DNA of 41,421 nt from Ruminococcaceae bacterium UBA3451 (GTDB lineage: Bacteria; Bacillota; Clostridia; Oscillospirales; Acutalibacteraceae): positions 115,419-156,839 of the forward strand of contig DFRY01000043.1 of the NCBI GenBank assembly GCA_002378845.1, in the 5' to 3' direction. Numbering within the stretch: the stretch's first letter is position 1; each line of letters starts with the position of its first letter. The position numbers and the translations under genes are program-made. Under the pieces are notes generated by a model. That model did no database searches and had not been told where the DNA came from. It worked only from the letters and a program-made list of their open reading frames with translations. Of this stretch, positions 1 to 10,268 are shown one piece after another.

Positions 1-1783
1 TCGTCCACGCCAGTCCGGTTACTACCCCCGGAGGATTCATCTCCTGCACCATGTCGTGCTTCGACACCTGCCTGCCAAGGATGTCTTCCAAGGCGTCGGC
101 TTCCACCACATACGGCTTTTCTACCTTGCCGGAAACAATCTTTTCCGCCGCGCTGCGGGCGATTGCGTCCAACTGCTTTTTCAGCCCACGAACGCCGGCC
201 TCCATGGTGTAATCGGATATAATCTTTTCCAGTGCCTCATCACTGATACTTACGTCGTCCAGTGCCAGGCCGTGTTCTTCCAGCGATTCCTTCAGCAGAT
301 GCTTCCGGCCGATTTGGAACTTTTCTTTCGAGGTGTAGCTGGAAAGAGAAATCACTTCCATACGGTCAAGCAACGGCCCCGGAATAGATTCGAGGGAGTT
401 CGCCGTAGCAATGAAGAAAACATTCGACAAATCGTACGGCAAATCAAGGTAATGGTCGGTAAAGGTGTTGTTTTGCTCCGGGTCAAGCACTTCAAGCAGC
501 GCGCTTGCCGGGTCGCCGTTATAACCGGTCATCAGCTTATCCACTTCATCCAATACCATAACCGGATTGGTGGAACCGGCTTTCTTAATGCTTTGCAGAA
601 TCCGTCCGGGCAATGCGCCGATGTAGGTTCTGCGGTGACCGCGAATTTCAGCTTCGTCACGAATGCCGCCCAGGCTAATGCGGATGTACTTACGCCCAAG
701 CGCTTCTGCAATGCTTTTGCCAAGACTGGTCTTTCCCGTTCCGGGAGGGCCGACCAGCAGCAGAATGGAACCCTGTTTATCTTTTTTCAGCTGCATGACC
801 GCAAGGTGCTGAATCATGCGCTCTTTGACTTTTTCCAGTCCGTAGTGCTGCTCGTCCAGAATACGCCGGGCTTCTGCAATATCAATCGGCTTTTCTTCTT
901 TTGCCTCCCACGGCAGATCCACCAGGAAATCAAGATAGTTTTCAATCACATGGTAATCCGGGCTTGAGGGATTCTGGCTATCCAGTTTTTCCAGCTCTTC
1001 CAGCGCGGCGGCATGAATTTCTTCCGGCATGTGTGCGTTTTCAATGCGGGTTTTAAAGTCTTTTCCCTTTTTGACAGATTCCGGTTTGTTTTCGTCTAAC
1101 TCATCCTGAATTGCCTTTAACTGCTCACGCAGAACCGCTTCGCGGTAATTTTTGTTCGCTTTTTCAGAAAAACGCTCCGCCATTTCAATCTGAATCTGAA
1201 TGGACTCCTTATAGCGCAGGTAGTAATCGATAAATTTCAGGCTGCGCGCTTTCAGGGAAGCCGTTTCCATCAAACTGTACTTTTCGTCTTTCGTAAAGGG
1301 GATGAATTGGCTGATAAATCCGATGAGAACATTTAAATCCTGTATCTCGTCAATGGAGCTGACAATGCTTTCGGAATCCCGGAAGTTCGCCCCGATTTGA
1401 TGTGAAATCTTTTGAATATAACTGATCATTTCACTGCGGCTGTTTTCATCCAGATCAATCACTTCGGGCACCATAGCTGTTTTCGCAAAAATGTTATGTT
1501 CGTCAATGTGAATGTCGGACACCTCAACCAAATTCAGAACTCTTACCTTGAGAAGAGAGCCCTTTTCATCGGTTTTTACGCTGAGGACTTCCAGTGCCGC
1601 GCCGACCGTGTAAAAATCGTCGGCTTCCAGTTCCCGCCGCTCCTTGCGCCGTTTCAACGGCAAAGCGACTACTTCCTGACTTTTGTCGCGAAGCTGGGTT
1701 AATTCGTTTTCACTGAGGCGGCTGAGCCGCAGGGGGTAATTCATTCCCGGCAGCAAAACCAAATCTTCTATCATTAAAATCAT
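1..1783 (-). CDS. lon: ATP-dependent Lon protease (3' end runs off the window)
   Basis: Minus-strand frame read manually from ATG at 1783 (MILMIEDLVLLPGMNYP...). Contains Walker A GPPGTGKTS, RGHRRTYIGALPG, LDEVDK, and GVVTGLAWT at the window edge. Absent from the ORF track because there is no stop codon inside the window. Confidence 0.95.
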   Translation of the reverse strand, partial: MILMIEDLVLLPGMNYPLRLSRLSENELTQLRDKSQEVVALPLKRRKERRELEADDFYTVGAALEVLSVKTDEKGSLLKVRVLNLVEVSDIHIDEHNIFAKTAMVPEVIDLDENSRSEMISYIQKISHQIGANFRDSESIVSSIDEIQDLNVLIGFISQFIPFTKDEKYSLMETASLKARSLKFIDYYLRYKESIQIQIEMAERFSEKANKNYREAVLREQLKAIQDELDENKPESVKKGKDFKTRIENAHMPEEIHAAALEELEKLDSQNPSSPDYHVIENYLDFLVDLPWEAKEEKPIDIAEARRILDEQHYGLEKVKERMIQHLAVMQLKKDKQGSILLLVGPPGTGKTSLGKSIAEALGRKYIRISLGGIRDEAEIRGHRRTYIGALPGRILQSIKKAGSTNPVMVLDEVDKLMTGYNGDPASALLEVLDPEQNNTFTDHYLDLPYDLSNVFFIATANSLESIPGPLLDRMEVISLSSYTSKEKFQIGRKHLLKESLEEHGLALDDVSISDEALEKIISDYTMEAGVRGLKKQLDAIARSAAEKIVSGKVEKPYVVEADALEDILGRQVSKHDMVQEMNPPGVVTGLAWT

Positions 1784-1799
1784 AGTTCATCGTCCTTTC

Positions 1800-1819
1800 A
1801 TAAATGAATATTCGTTTAT
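1800..1819. promoter_or_regulatory. Palindromic putative TetR operator upstream of lon
   Basis: ATAAATGAATATTCGTTTAT is an imperfect palindrome next to the lon RBS. Its reverse complement matches 2498-2517 at 18/20 positions. Confidence 0.7.
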
Positions 1820-1884
1820 ATTCTATGTATATAAAAAGCGAGATATTTCACTCGCTATCGGGCAATTAGCGGGGAATTTTGGGT

Positions 1885-2454
1885 TTAAATATCCTTGATT
1901 AAAATCCTCTGAATTATCCCAATCAGTTCGTCCAGCCGTTCTGACTCCATCTGTTCCGTCTCGCACGGTTTCACCGCAATGGATTTCACCGGGGAAAACA
2001 GAATAGCATACAGATTATCGTTGTTATAATTGTTTAAAATCTGCCGCCGTTTCAGTTCGGTAAGCAGCTGGGTTAAATCTGCCGGGCCCCTCATCACGCC
2101 GCAGCTGCTTTGTAGAACAGGGCAGCCGCTGAATTGCTCGATAAAATGGAAAATTTCTTTGTTCTCGATAATGAAGTAATAATACCTTCGTATCAGTTCC
2201 GCGATAATTTCATCGCCCGTCATATTGGGGCTGAGGCACTGCAGAAGATAGGAAATCGTATCTTCCGTGTATTCCTGATAAATATCGCGCAGCATAGCGT
2301 CTTTGTTTTCATAATAAATATATACGGTTGCCGGGGATACTCCGGCTGCTTTTGCGATTTTAGAAACGGAAGCGCCCTGAAAGCCTTCTTCTAAAATCAG
2401 CTGAACCACCGCGTTTTTAATGCATTTCTGCTTTTCATCATCTTTTTTTCTCAT
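1885..2454 (-). CDS. TetR/AcrR family transcriptional regulator
   Basis: N-terminal HTH (EEGFQGASVSKIAKAAGVSPATVYIYYENKD). ATG 2454 chosen from the upstream AGGTG; the ORF track starts at 2463. Confidence 0.92.
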   Translation of the reverse strand: MRKKDDEKQKCIKNAVVQLILEEGFQGASVSKIAKAAGVSPATVYIYYENKDAMLRDIYQEYTEDTISYLLQCLSPNMTGDEIIAELIRRYYYFIIENKEIFHFIEQFSGCPVLQSSCGVMRGPADLTQLLTELKRRQILNNYNNDNLYAILFSPVKSIAVKPCETEQMESERLDELIGIIQRILIKDI

Positions 2455-2494
2455 GCCTACCACCTAAATTTTTTTGAAATTAAGGATTGTCTTT

Positions 2495-2523
2495 ATAATA
2501 AACGAACATTCACTTATTGTCAA
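2495..2523 (-). promoter_or_regulatory. sigmaA promoter of tetR with an operator in the spacer
   Basis: TTGACA-17 nt-TATTAT on the minus strand. The palindrome ATAAACGAACATTCACTTAT (2498-2517) fills the spacer. Confidence 0.75.
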
Positions 2524-2604
2524 GAGGAAAATGAGAATTTTATTTTCCCCGCCTCTTGAATCACAATCATTACTGTAAGTATACCCCTTTTTTCGTATTA
2601 CAGC

Positions 2605-2631
2605 AAAAAAAGGGTGCCCGTGCGGGCACCC
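2605..2631 (-). terminator. Intrinsic terminator ending the sugar operon
   Basis: GGGTGCCCG-CA-CGGGCACCC followed by T7 on the minus strand. Confidence 0.8.
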
Positions 2632-2651
2632 CGATTCGCAGCTTAGTAAAG

Positions 2652-3623
2652 TTATTCGAAAGGATATTGTAATCCCCATTGATTGCGTATTGCGGTAAGC
2701 ATGTTCATTACGTCACAGCTCAGGGGCAGCGTAAAGTTTTCCTGTTCGCCGGAAATGCACGCTTCCATGTTTAAGGCTTCATATTGCAGCGCCTTAGCGC
2801 CTTCCCCAACGCAAATTTCTTCTTTTGTACCGTCTGCGCGGTACAAAAGCGCTTTTTCCGCGCGGGGGTAATCGCTGACTTCAATGCACCCTTTTTCACC
2901 CGATACCATTCCCACCGCACGCTGCGGATGCGCGGCGCACATGGTAATTGACAGTACGCCCATTTGCCCCAAACGGTTTTTGAACAGGATTCCCGACTGT
3001 TCGTCCACTCCGCCCTCGGTGTATTCCGGCAAGGTAAGGATGACATCCGGGCTTTCCTCCAGGAACCAGCGGGCAAACGCAACCGCGTAAACGCCGAAGT
3101 CCAGCAGCGCCCCGCCGCCGCGTTCTTTTTGAAAGCAGGTACTGTTCGGGTCAAATTCCCGTCGAATACCGAAATGAATCTGCAGCATTTTTACTTTCCC
3201 GATAGCACCCGCATTTATCAGCTCCCGCAGCTTCCAAAAAAGCGGCATATGGAAAATAGTCATTGCCTCCATTAACACAACGCCTTTTTCCGCTGCAAGG
3301 GCGCGTACTTCTTCCAGTTGGCGGGCATTCACAGTGAATGGCTTTTCGCATAGCACATGTTTACCGTTTTGCAGCGCTTCTTTTACGTACTCAAAATGAA
3401 CGTCATGCGGGGTGGCGATGTAAACAATATTCACTTTCGGGTCACGAAGCATTTCACCGCAATCGTGATAAACCTGCTGCACCCCATACTGTTCCGCAAA
3501 TTTTTCTGTTTTGGCGGGGGTTCGGCCGGCAACAGCATAAATACTTCCGCCCAGCGCCTGAATCGCCTCCGCCATACCGTGCGCAATGCCTCCGCACCCG
3601 ACAAACGCCCAATTATATTTCAT
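2652..3623 (-). CDS. Gfo/Idh/MocA family NAD(P)-dependent oxidoreductase
   Basis: GCGGIA Rossmann motif, YIATPH, KHVLCEKP, GGGALLDFGVY. Confidence 0.93.
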   Translation of the reverse strand: MKYNWAFVGCGGIAHGMAEAIQALGGSIYAVAGRTPAKTEKFAEQYGVQQVYHDCGEMLRDPKVNIVYIATPHDVHFEYVKEALQNGKHVLCEKPFTVNARQLEEVRALAAEKGVVLMEAMTIFHMPLFWKLRELINAGAIGKVKMLQIHFGIRREFDPNSTCFQKERGGGALLDFGVYAVAFARWFLEESPDVILTLPEYTEGGVDEQSGILFKNRLGQMGVLSITMCAAHPQRAVGMVSGEKGCIEVSDYPRAEKALLYRADGTKEEICVGEGAKALQYEALNMEACISGEQENFTLPLSCDVMNMLTAIRNQWGLQYPFE

Positions 3624-3686
3624 GTGTACTCCTCCATAAGAAACAGGCCAAACCGTATAGGAACGGCCCAGCCTGTTTTATTATTA

Positions 3687-6600
3687 TTAAAAAACCAACC
3701 GAAAAGTCTTAAGCTCAAACGGTTTCCATGTCGTAGTCCAGGAATCCGGTTTGTACACCGCGCCGGTGGGTTCCTCCAGCAAGTTGCATTCCTCCACCCG
3801 CTTGACCGGAAGGTCGGTGGCAAGGCGAACATGCTGGGTACCGCCCATGCATTCGTGCAGGCGAACCACAAGGCAGCTGCCGTCTTCGGCCTGTTTTACC
3901 GCGTCCACCGAAAGCACTTCCCGGTTCATTCGCAGCGCGCGGCAGTCCGCCATGCTGCCCGGCACCGTCTGTACCGGCAGGTTCAGCGCCACCCCGGCGG
4001 CAACGGTGCCGCTTTCTGCCGGGTTCCCGCCAGCGTGCGGCAGGATGGAATAGGTAAAGGTATGGGTGCCCATGTCCGCTTCGGTGTCGGGATATTTGCT
4101 GCTTTTCAGCAGCGACAGGCGCATCACGCCGTCTTTAATGCTGTAGCCGTATTTGCAGTTATTCAGCAGGCTAAGCCCGTAATTCCCCTCTGAAAGGTCA
4201 GCCCATTTGTGGCCCACCACTTCAAACCGCGCATAGTCCCAGCTGGTGTTGAAGTGCGTGGGGCGTTCCACATGGCCGAACTGAATATCATATGTCGCGT
4301 GGGTGCTGCGGATGTTGGTTTCAAACCCGACCTTTAAAAGCCGGTTCGACTCGTGCCAGTCCACCTGTGTTTCAAAATCGATGCGGCGGTCCGCACCATA
4401 GAATACGATATTCTGAACAAGCTCGGACTGATTGTAGGCAAAGCGGAACCGGAGCACCAGCTTCAGCGGCCCAACTTCCACCAGCTCCGGTTCCCCGGAA
4501 AGCCGCATTGGTTCCTTCTTCTGCATATAAAAGATGTCGATGTCCCAGTTGTCGTAGTTCAGCGGCTTGTCTTCAAAAAGTTCAAACCGATTGCCTTTTC
4601 CAGCCAACACCTCCCGGTTGTTTTCCTTGTCAAACAGCTTGGTGAAGAACCCGGATTCGTCCCACTCCACCGTGTAATACGGCGTTTCCACCCGGCGTTC
4701 TGCCAGCGACACCCGGAACGGGAGTTCGGGTTCCGCTTCCTTTTCCCCCGGAACAAACCGGACGGTGCGGAACGCCAGCGGTTCCAGTTCGACCTGCACA
4801 GAATACCCGCCCTCTGTTTTCTGTGCAGGCAGAGCGGTTCCGTCTTCCGCAAGGAAGCTGCCGTCTTCTGTTACCGGCAGGAAAACCGTCGACGTACGGG
4901 TAAATGAACCGAACTGGTACAGAGTGTAGGTGTTCTCCTGTTTGGAAACCAGTGCGGTCAACGCGCCGCTTTTGGCTGTTTCCGTTTTTTCCAGCGCCAG
5001 CTGATATTCTTTGGCGGAGTCCTCGTACACTTCATGAATGGAGGAGCCGGGGATAATATCGTGGAACTGATTGCGCAGAATAATTTCCCACCCGTCATGC
5101 AACAGCTGTGCGTCGTAGTCACCGTCTTTGGCATAACGCAGGCTGGAAAGCCATTCTGTCTGTGCCAGTTCGAATTCCATGCGGCGGTTCCACTGCTTGT
5201 TGTGTGCCTGAGACGTATAGGTGCCGCGGTGGTATTCCAGGTACAATTCACCGTCCCAGGTATGTACATAACGGTCGGTGTGCTCCACCTTTTCATGAAT
5301 GCGGTCGAAGAAGTCGCCCGCTTTGGCGGGTTTTACGTTCGGCAGGCCGGGCAGCTGATCCATCGCGCGGCGCATTTGCAGCATGTTGCGGTTTACTCCG
5401 CCGCCGCCGTCACCATAGCCGTAGGAAATCAATACTTCATTGGAAAGATCTTTGTTGTGGAATTTCTCCCACGCGCCGATGACGCTGCGCGGGCTCATCA
5501 TTCCGTTGTAGCTGCAGTAACGTTCCCGCAGGTCATGCCCGATTTCGGGCGTGGTGACGAAATAAGTTAATATTTCACTGCCGTCCATTCCGCGCCAGGT
5601 GAAAAGATCGTCCGGCATGGAATTGAACTGGTTCCAGCTGATTTTCGTCGTCATAAAGGTCTTGATGTTGCACTGCTTCATAATCTGGGGCAATGCCCAG
5701 CTGTAGCCGAACACATCGGGCAGCCAAAGGTAGGTGCAGGTTTTTCCGAATTCCTCCTGAAAAAAGCGGATGCCGTGGACGAACTGGCGCACCAGCGCTT
5801 CGCCGGAGCTGATGTTGCAGTCGGCTTCCAGCCACATGCCGCCGTCCGTTTCCCATTTGCCTTCCTGTACCTTTTGCTTGATCTTCCCGTACAATTCGGG
5901 GCAGTCGTTTTTCAGGAAGCGGTACAGCTGCGGCTGGGTCTGAAGAAATGTGTACTCGTCGAACTCATCCATCAGGTGCATGACCGTAGAGAAGGAACGC
6001 ATGGCCTTTTCCCGGGTATGGTTCAGCCGCCACAGCCATGCTACGTCAATATGGGTATGGCCCACGCAGCTGACGGTGACCAAACTGTTTTTCTCCTGTT
6101 TGCTCAGGTGTTCCTGCAAGCAGGCAAGCGCCTGCCCAATGGTGGAGTAAAATTTGTCGGCATCCCAATTAATGAGGAGCAAAGCCGCGTCCAGCGCCGC
6201 AATCAGGGAATAGCGGTTCGGGTCGGCTTCCGGCAAATACTCCATCGACTTTGAAATGGCCTTGGCCAAATAGTAAAACGCATCCGTATCCTCATGCAGA
6301 TACCCGATTTGGGCGCAGCGGAACCGGCACTCCTGCCGTTTCTTTTCCCCGCCGCCTTCCAGGCCCGTCCACAGCAGGAAGGTAAGCTCCGCTTCCTGCC
6401 CGGCAAGCTCCTGAAAAATAACTTCGCCGTGGTTGGTGTCCACCCCCTGGTACGGGTGGCGGTTTACGTATAGCAGCGATTCAAAACCGCTGTTTCCGCC
6501 GTCGCCGGTTTTTCCGAAGTCAAACAGCCCCGCCGGTTTAAAGCCTTCTTTGGCGGAGGGAATCCGCACGGTTTTGCGCAGCCAAAGGTAGTCGTCGCGC

Positions 6601-6794
6601 CCGCAAAAGGAATCCCCCTCGAAAACTTCCTTCCCATCGACCTGCTCCGGAACGGTGCGGTGCACCGCGCCGGACGGTTCGGTGTTTTCCCCGGACAACA
6701 TAGGAAAAAGGCTGCTCATTTCTGTAAAGCGGTATTTTTCCAGTTCCCGCATCCGTCTTTCTATTTTGTGCAGGGTAAAAAATCGGTCTGGCAT
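3687..6794 (-). CDS. GH38 alpha-mannosidase
   Basis: GHTHIDVAWLW zinc-binding motif, WLPDVFGY nucleophile region, GELYLEYHRGTYTS, QFHDIIPGS. AGGAGG RBS lies before ATG 6794. Confidence 0.95.
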   Translation of the reverse strand: MPDRFFTLHKIERRMRELEKYRFTEMSSLFPMLSGENTEPSGAVHRTVPEQVDGKEVFEGDSFCGRDDYLWLRKTVRIPSAKEGFKPAGLFDFGKTGDGGNSGFESLLYVNRHPYQGVDTNHGEVIFQELAGQEAELTFLLWTGLEGGGEKKRQECRFRCAQIGYLHEDTDAFYYLAKAISKSMEYLPEADPNRYSLIAALDAALLLINWDADKFYSTIGQALACLQEHLSKQEKNSLVTVSCVGHTHIDVAWLWRLNHTREKAMRSFSTVMHLMDEFDEYTFLQTQPQLYRFLKNDCPELYGKIKQKVQEGKWETDGGMWLEADCNISSGEALVRQFVHGIRFFQEEFGKTCTYLWLPDVFGYSWALPQIMKQCNIKTFMTTKISWNQFNSMPDDLFTWRGMDGSEILTYFVTTPEIGHDLRERYCSYNGMMSPRSVIGAWEKFHNKDLSNEVLISYGYGDGGGGVNRNMLQMRRAMDQLPGLPNVKPAKAGDFFDRIHEKVEHTDRYVHTWDGELYLEYHRGTYTSQAHNKQWNRRMEFELAQTEWLSSLRYAKDGDYDAQLLHDGWEIILRNQFHDIIPGSSIHEVYEDSAKEYQLALEKTETAKSGALTALVSKQENTYTLYQFGSFTRTSTVFLPVTEDGSFLAEDGTALPAQKTEGGYSVQVELEPLAFRTVRFVPGEKEAEPELPFRVSLAERRVETPYYTVEWDESGFFTKLFDKENNREVLAGKGNRFELFEDKPLNYDNWDIDIFYMQKKEPMRLSGEPELVEVGPLKLVLRFRFAYNQSELVQNIVFYGADRRIDFETQVDWHESNRLLKVGFETNIRSTHATYDIQFGHVERPTHFNTSWDYARFEVVGHKWADLSEGNYGLSLLNNCKYGYSIKDGVMRLSLLKSSKYPDTEADMGTHTFTYSILPHAGGNPAESGTVAAGVALNLPVQTVPGSMADCRALRMNREVLSVDAVKQAEDGSCLVVRLHECMGGTQHVRLATDLPVKRVEECNLLEEPTGAVYKPDSWTTTWKPFELKTFRLVF

Positions 6795-6900
6795 CAATAT
6801 CCTCCTCAATCTGATTAAAACATTTTACCGGTTTACTTCGTGTGTTTTCACAGAAGCCCGGCAGCCACATATAAAGCCGGAACGGCCCGCCGATGTGGTT

Positions 6901-6951
6901 TAAAAAGGGCGCTGCAAAATAAATTGTCCTTCATTTTGCAGCACCCTTTTA
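6901..6951 (-). terminator. Long inverted repeat / terminator between the permease and mannosidase genes
   Basis: AAAAGGGTGCTGCAAAAT...ATTTTGCAGCGCCCTTTTT on the minus strand, an 18-bp stem with one G-U pair. Confidence 0.6.
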
Positions 6952-6982
6952 ATGAAACTATCTTATTGAATCCGGGGTCCGG

Positions 6983-7822
6983 TCAGCCCTTGACCGCCCC
7001 GACAATCAGGCTGTCCTGAATTTTGTCACTGAGCACGCTGTAAATTAAAATAGCAGGCAGCGTGGCAATAACCATGCCCGCGCCGATAATTCCCCAGTCG
7101 GTGTTGTGCTCCCCGACGAAAGACATAATTCCGACGGTCAGCGGTTTAAACATTTGGTCGTCGACCAGCGTATTCGCAAATAATAATTCGTTCCATGTTC
7201 CCAGAAACGCGAAAATTGATGCCGTAGAGATGGCCGGCTTTACAATGGGGAGAATAATACGGAAAAACATCCGGAAAATTCCGCAGCCGTCAATGTAAGC
7301 CGCCTCTTCAATATCTTTTGGAATCGAGCGGTAAAATCCGTACAAAATCATAACTGTCATAGGAATGGCAAACACGGTGTAGGGAATAAGCAGCCCAAGG
7401 TACCCGTAACGCAGCCCAAGGTTATCCATCAGCAGGAACAACGGAAGCAGCGTGGCCTGTGTGGGAATCATCAGCCCCAGTGTAAAAACCATGTACGTAG
7501 CGTTGCTCAGCTTCCAGCGCATGCGCGCAATGGCATAAGCCGCCATAGCCGCCAAGATACCCGAAGCAACAACCGACACAACCGTGTATATGATGGAGTT
7601 CATAAAATAGGTAAGAATTCCGCCGTTAAGCAGTGCGTTGGTGTAATTTTCAAACCGCCAGTACTGCGGCAAACTGAGCACATGTGCGGAATCGTAAATT
7701 TCCGCGTTGCTTTTCAGGGAAAAAGTGAATAACCAGTACAGTGGGAACAGCTGAACCAAAGCAATCAGCGACAGTATGGCAAACCGTATGGCGGACGGAA
7801 CCGTCCATTTCTTTCCTTTCAT
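6983..7822 (-). CDS. Carbohydrate ABC transporter permease (MalG-like)
   Basis: EAA loop (SIPKDIEEAAYIDGCG) and multiple hydrophobic segments. Confidence 0.93.
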   Translation of the reverse strand: MKGKKWTVPSAIRFAILSLIALVQLFPLYWLFTFSLKSNAEIYDSAHVLSLPQYWRFENYTNALLNGGILTYFMNSIIYTVVSVVASGILAAMAAYAIARMRWKLSNATYMVFTLGLMIPTQATLLPLFLLMDNLGLRYGYLGLLIPYTVFAIPMTVMILYGFYRSIPKDIEEAAYIDGCGIFRMFFRIILPIVKPAISTASIFAFLGTWNELLFANTLVDDQMFKPLTVGIMSFVGEHNTDWGIIGAGMVIATLPAILIYSVLSDKIQDSLIVGAVKG

Positions 7823-7831
7823 ATTTCCTCC

Positions 7832-8719
7832 TTACACCATCGATGCGTTTTCTTCATATTTACGGAATACCCGGTTTACAATAAAGGTAAAGATCAGGCA
7901 CTCAAGAACAATGAAGAATGCTTCCGCGCTGCCGTATCCGTACTGCCCGCGTTCAAACAGGCTGCTGTACATCAGCGTTGCCGGAAGTTCGCTTGCGTGG
8001 CTCGGCCCGCCCTTTGTCATAATGTACACCAGGTCGAACGAACGAAGCGAGCCGACCAGCGCAAAAACGACGCACATTTTAATGACAGGCATTAAAAGAG
8101 GAAGCGTAATATGTATGGCGGCGCGCGGCCCGGTTGCTCCGTCAATTTTTGCGGCCTCATAATAATCGTTTGGAATAGATTTAATTCCGGCGTACAAAAT
8201 CAGCATATGGTGACCAATATACTGCCACACCGCCGGAACAATGGTACACAAAAACGCCGTACTTGCCTGCGCCAGCCATGCCGTATGATTGTTATTTCCA
8301 AACACGCCCAAAAGGGCGTTAAACATGCCGTCGCTGTTAAAAATACGCATCCACAGCTGGCCAATAACCATACTGGAAATAATGACCGGAAGAAAATAAA
8401 TGTTGCGGAATGCCTGCTCTCCGCGTACTCCGCTTGCGAGCACCATGGCAAGAATCAGGGAAAGCGGAAGCTGGATCAGAACAGACGCGCCTGCCAGAAT
8501 AAAAGAATTCCCCAGTGCGCGGAAAAAATATTGATCCTTTAGAAAAAGATTGATGTAATTTTGTAAACCGATCCATGTTCTGCTGCCGATTCCGTTGTAA
8601 TCAAACAGGCTGTAATACCCCGTTGCGAAAAGCGGTACAACTTCCAACAGCACAAAAAGGGCAAGTGCCGGCAGTACAAACACCGCGATAACGGCTTTAT
8701 TGCCTAAAACTCTGTTCAT
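7832..8719 (-). CDS. Carbohydrate ABC transporter permease (MalF-like)
   Basis: SIPNDYYEAAKIDGA EAA loop and WIGLQNY motif. Start is 8719 or 8725, after GGAGG. Confidence 0.93.
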   Translation of the reverse strand: MNRVLGNKAVIAVFVLPALALFVLLEVVPLFATGYYSLFDYNGIGSRTWIGLQNYINLFLKDQYFFRALGNSFILAGASVLIQLPLSLILAMVLASGVRGEQAFRNIYFLPVIISSMVIGQLWMRIFNSDGMFNALLGVFGNNNHTAWLAQASTAFLCTIVPAVWQYIGHHMLILYAGIKSIPNDYYEAAKIDGATGPRAAIHITLPLLMPVIKMCVVFALVGSLRSFDLVYIMTKGGPSHASELPATLMYSSLFERGQYGYGSAEAFFIVLECLIFTFIVNRVFRKYEENASMV

Positions 8720-8848
8720 GACCATTTCCTCCGTTTCTGCCCGATAAAACAAGCGGCCGGGCCACACCGACGGGAACACCGGATGGGTTTTTTACCCTTC
8801 CAGAGAAACCAACATCGCTTGAAAGGCCCGACCGAAATACTTAATTGC

Positions 8849-10165
8849 TTACTGTTTTCCTATGTTCTCCTTATGTGCCTTGATGAACGCGTCAACATCA
8901 GCATTCGGAAGAAGAAGGGACTGTGCCTGCTCCAGATGGATGCTGGCCGGATTGTCTTCCAGAATGGTATCCCAGGTAAGAACACCGTTTGTGGAAGCAT
9001 TGTAAAGATCGAGCGTGCTCTTAAAGGTCTTAGTCAGCTTGCTCACTACTTCATAAGTATTCCAGGTGGAGTAACCGGAACCGAGTTCCATTGCCTGGGT
9101 GCCCATTGCGCGGGTAATATAAACTGCAAAATCAGCTGCTTCCTTCGGGTTCTTCGTACCCTTGTTTACGAAGAAGGAGCTGTTGCTGCCGCCGCTGTAA
9201 TCCGTCGGGTCGGAAGAAGTGCTTGTTACCGGGAATTTCACTACGGTTACATGATCTTTAATGCCGCTGGGGTCGTTTTCAATGGTGCCGCAGAACCAGC
9301 TGCCGTTGTAACGCATGGCCGCTTTGCCGTTGAAGAATTTCGCGTCGGCTGCGGAAGAATCATCTTCCAGCGGGTTTTTGCCGAGAACGCCTTTTTTGCT
9401 GAGTTCTACCATTTTTTCCGCTGCGGTACGGAACCCGTTGTCATCGAACGGCTCCATGCCGAGCAGCACGTCGTTAACTTTTTTCGCGCCGACTTCATTC
9501 ATTGCAAGCGCTTCGTAAAGGGAACCGGCAAGCCAGCCCTCTTTTGCACCCAGTGCAAGCGGTGTAACGCCGTCCAGCTTGGAAATTTTTTCAGATGCTT
9601 CAAGAAGTTCGTTATAGTTGGTCGGAATTTTTGCGCCGGCCTTCTCAAATACTTCATTGTTGCAGTACAGCAGCATCATGAACGAGTTCATCGGAAGTCC
9701 GTAAAGCTTTCCGTCGTATTCAAAGCACTGCGTGGTGCCCTTCTTAATTTCCGCTTTTACGGAATCGGAAACATATTCGTCAATCGGCAGAAGCTTGTCT
9801 GCTTTCAGCAGCTTCTGAATACGGCCGGGGGCCCAATAAACAAACACGTCCACATTTTTTGCGCTTCCCGCAAATTCAGTGGCAATTTTCGTTTTATAGG
9901 AGGAGTCCTCCAAACCGTGCAGTGAAATTTTTACATTGGGATGATCCTTCTCATACTGCTCGACCGCGCTGGCGAAAGCAGCTGTTTGGGGATCGTTTGC
10001 AGCAACCCATTCATGCCATACGTTTAAGGTGACGGGTTCCTGCTGGGATGCGGTTCCGGAAGCTGCGGATGAATCGCCGCCCTTGGAACATGCCGCAAAG
10101 GAGGCCATCATTGCCACTGCAAGAACAGCGCTGAGTCCTCTTTTCCAAAGATGCTTCATTTTCAT
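8849..10165 (-). CDS. Carbohydrate ABC transporter substrate-binding lipoprotein
   Basis: Signal peptide with lipobox FAAC, Ser/Gly linker, YDGKLYGLP and FFNGKAAM motifs. Confidence 0.93.
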   Translation of the reverse strand: MKMKHLWKRGLSAVLAVAMMASFAACSKGGDSSAASGTASQQEPVTLNVWHEWVAANDPQTAAFASAVEQYEKDHPNVKISLHGLEDSSYKTKIATEFAGSAKNVDVFVYWAPGRIQKLLKADKLLPIDEYVSDSVKAEIKKGTTQCFEYDGKLYGLPMNSFMMLLYCNNEVFEKAGAKIPTNYNELLEASEKISKLDGVTPLALGAKEGWLAGSLYEALAMNEVGAKKVNDVLLGMEPFDDNGFRTAAEKMVELSKKGVLGKNPLEDDSSAADAKFFNGKAAMRYNGSWFCGTIENDPSGIKDHVTVVKFPVTSTSSDPTDYSGGSNSSFFVNKGTKNPKEAADFAVYITRAMGTQAMELGSGYSTWNTYEVVSKLTKTFKSTLDLYNASTNGVLTWDTILEDNPASIHLEQAQSLLLPNADVDAFIKAHKENIGKQ

Positions 10166-10268
10166 TTCCTCTCCACTTCTTTCAAAAAAATTGGGTTAAG
10201 TTCTTTGCCTTGTTCATTGTATCTGTTTTGCAAGGGAGGGACAATTCAAAATTTTGACTCAAACCGTC

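Noticed and set aside
56..967. 303-aa plus-strand ORF
   Set aside because: Antisense shadow of lon, with no recognisable motifs.
8783..9925. 380-aa plus-strand ORF
   Set aside because: Antisense shadow of the substrate-binding protein gene.
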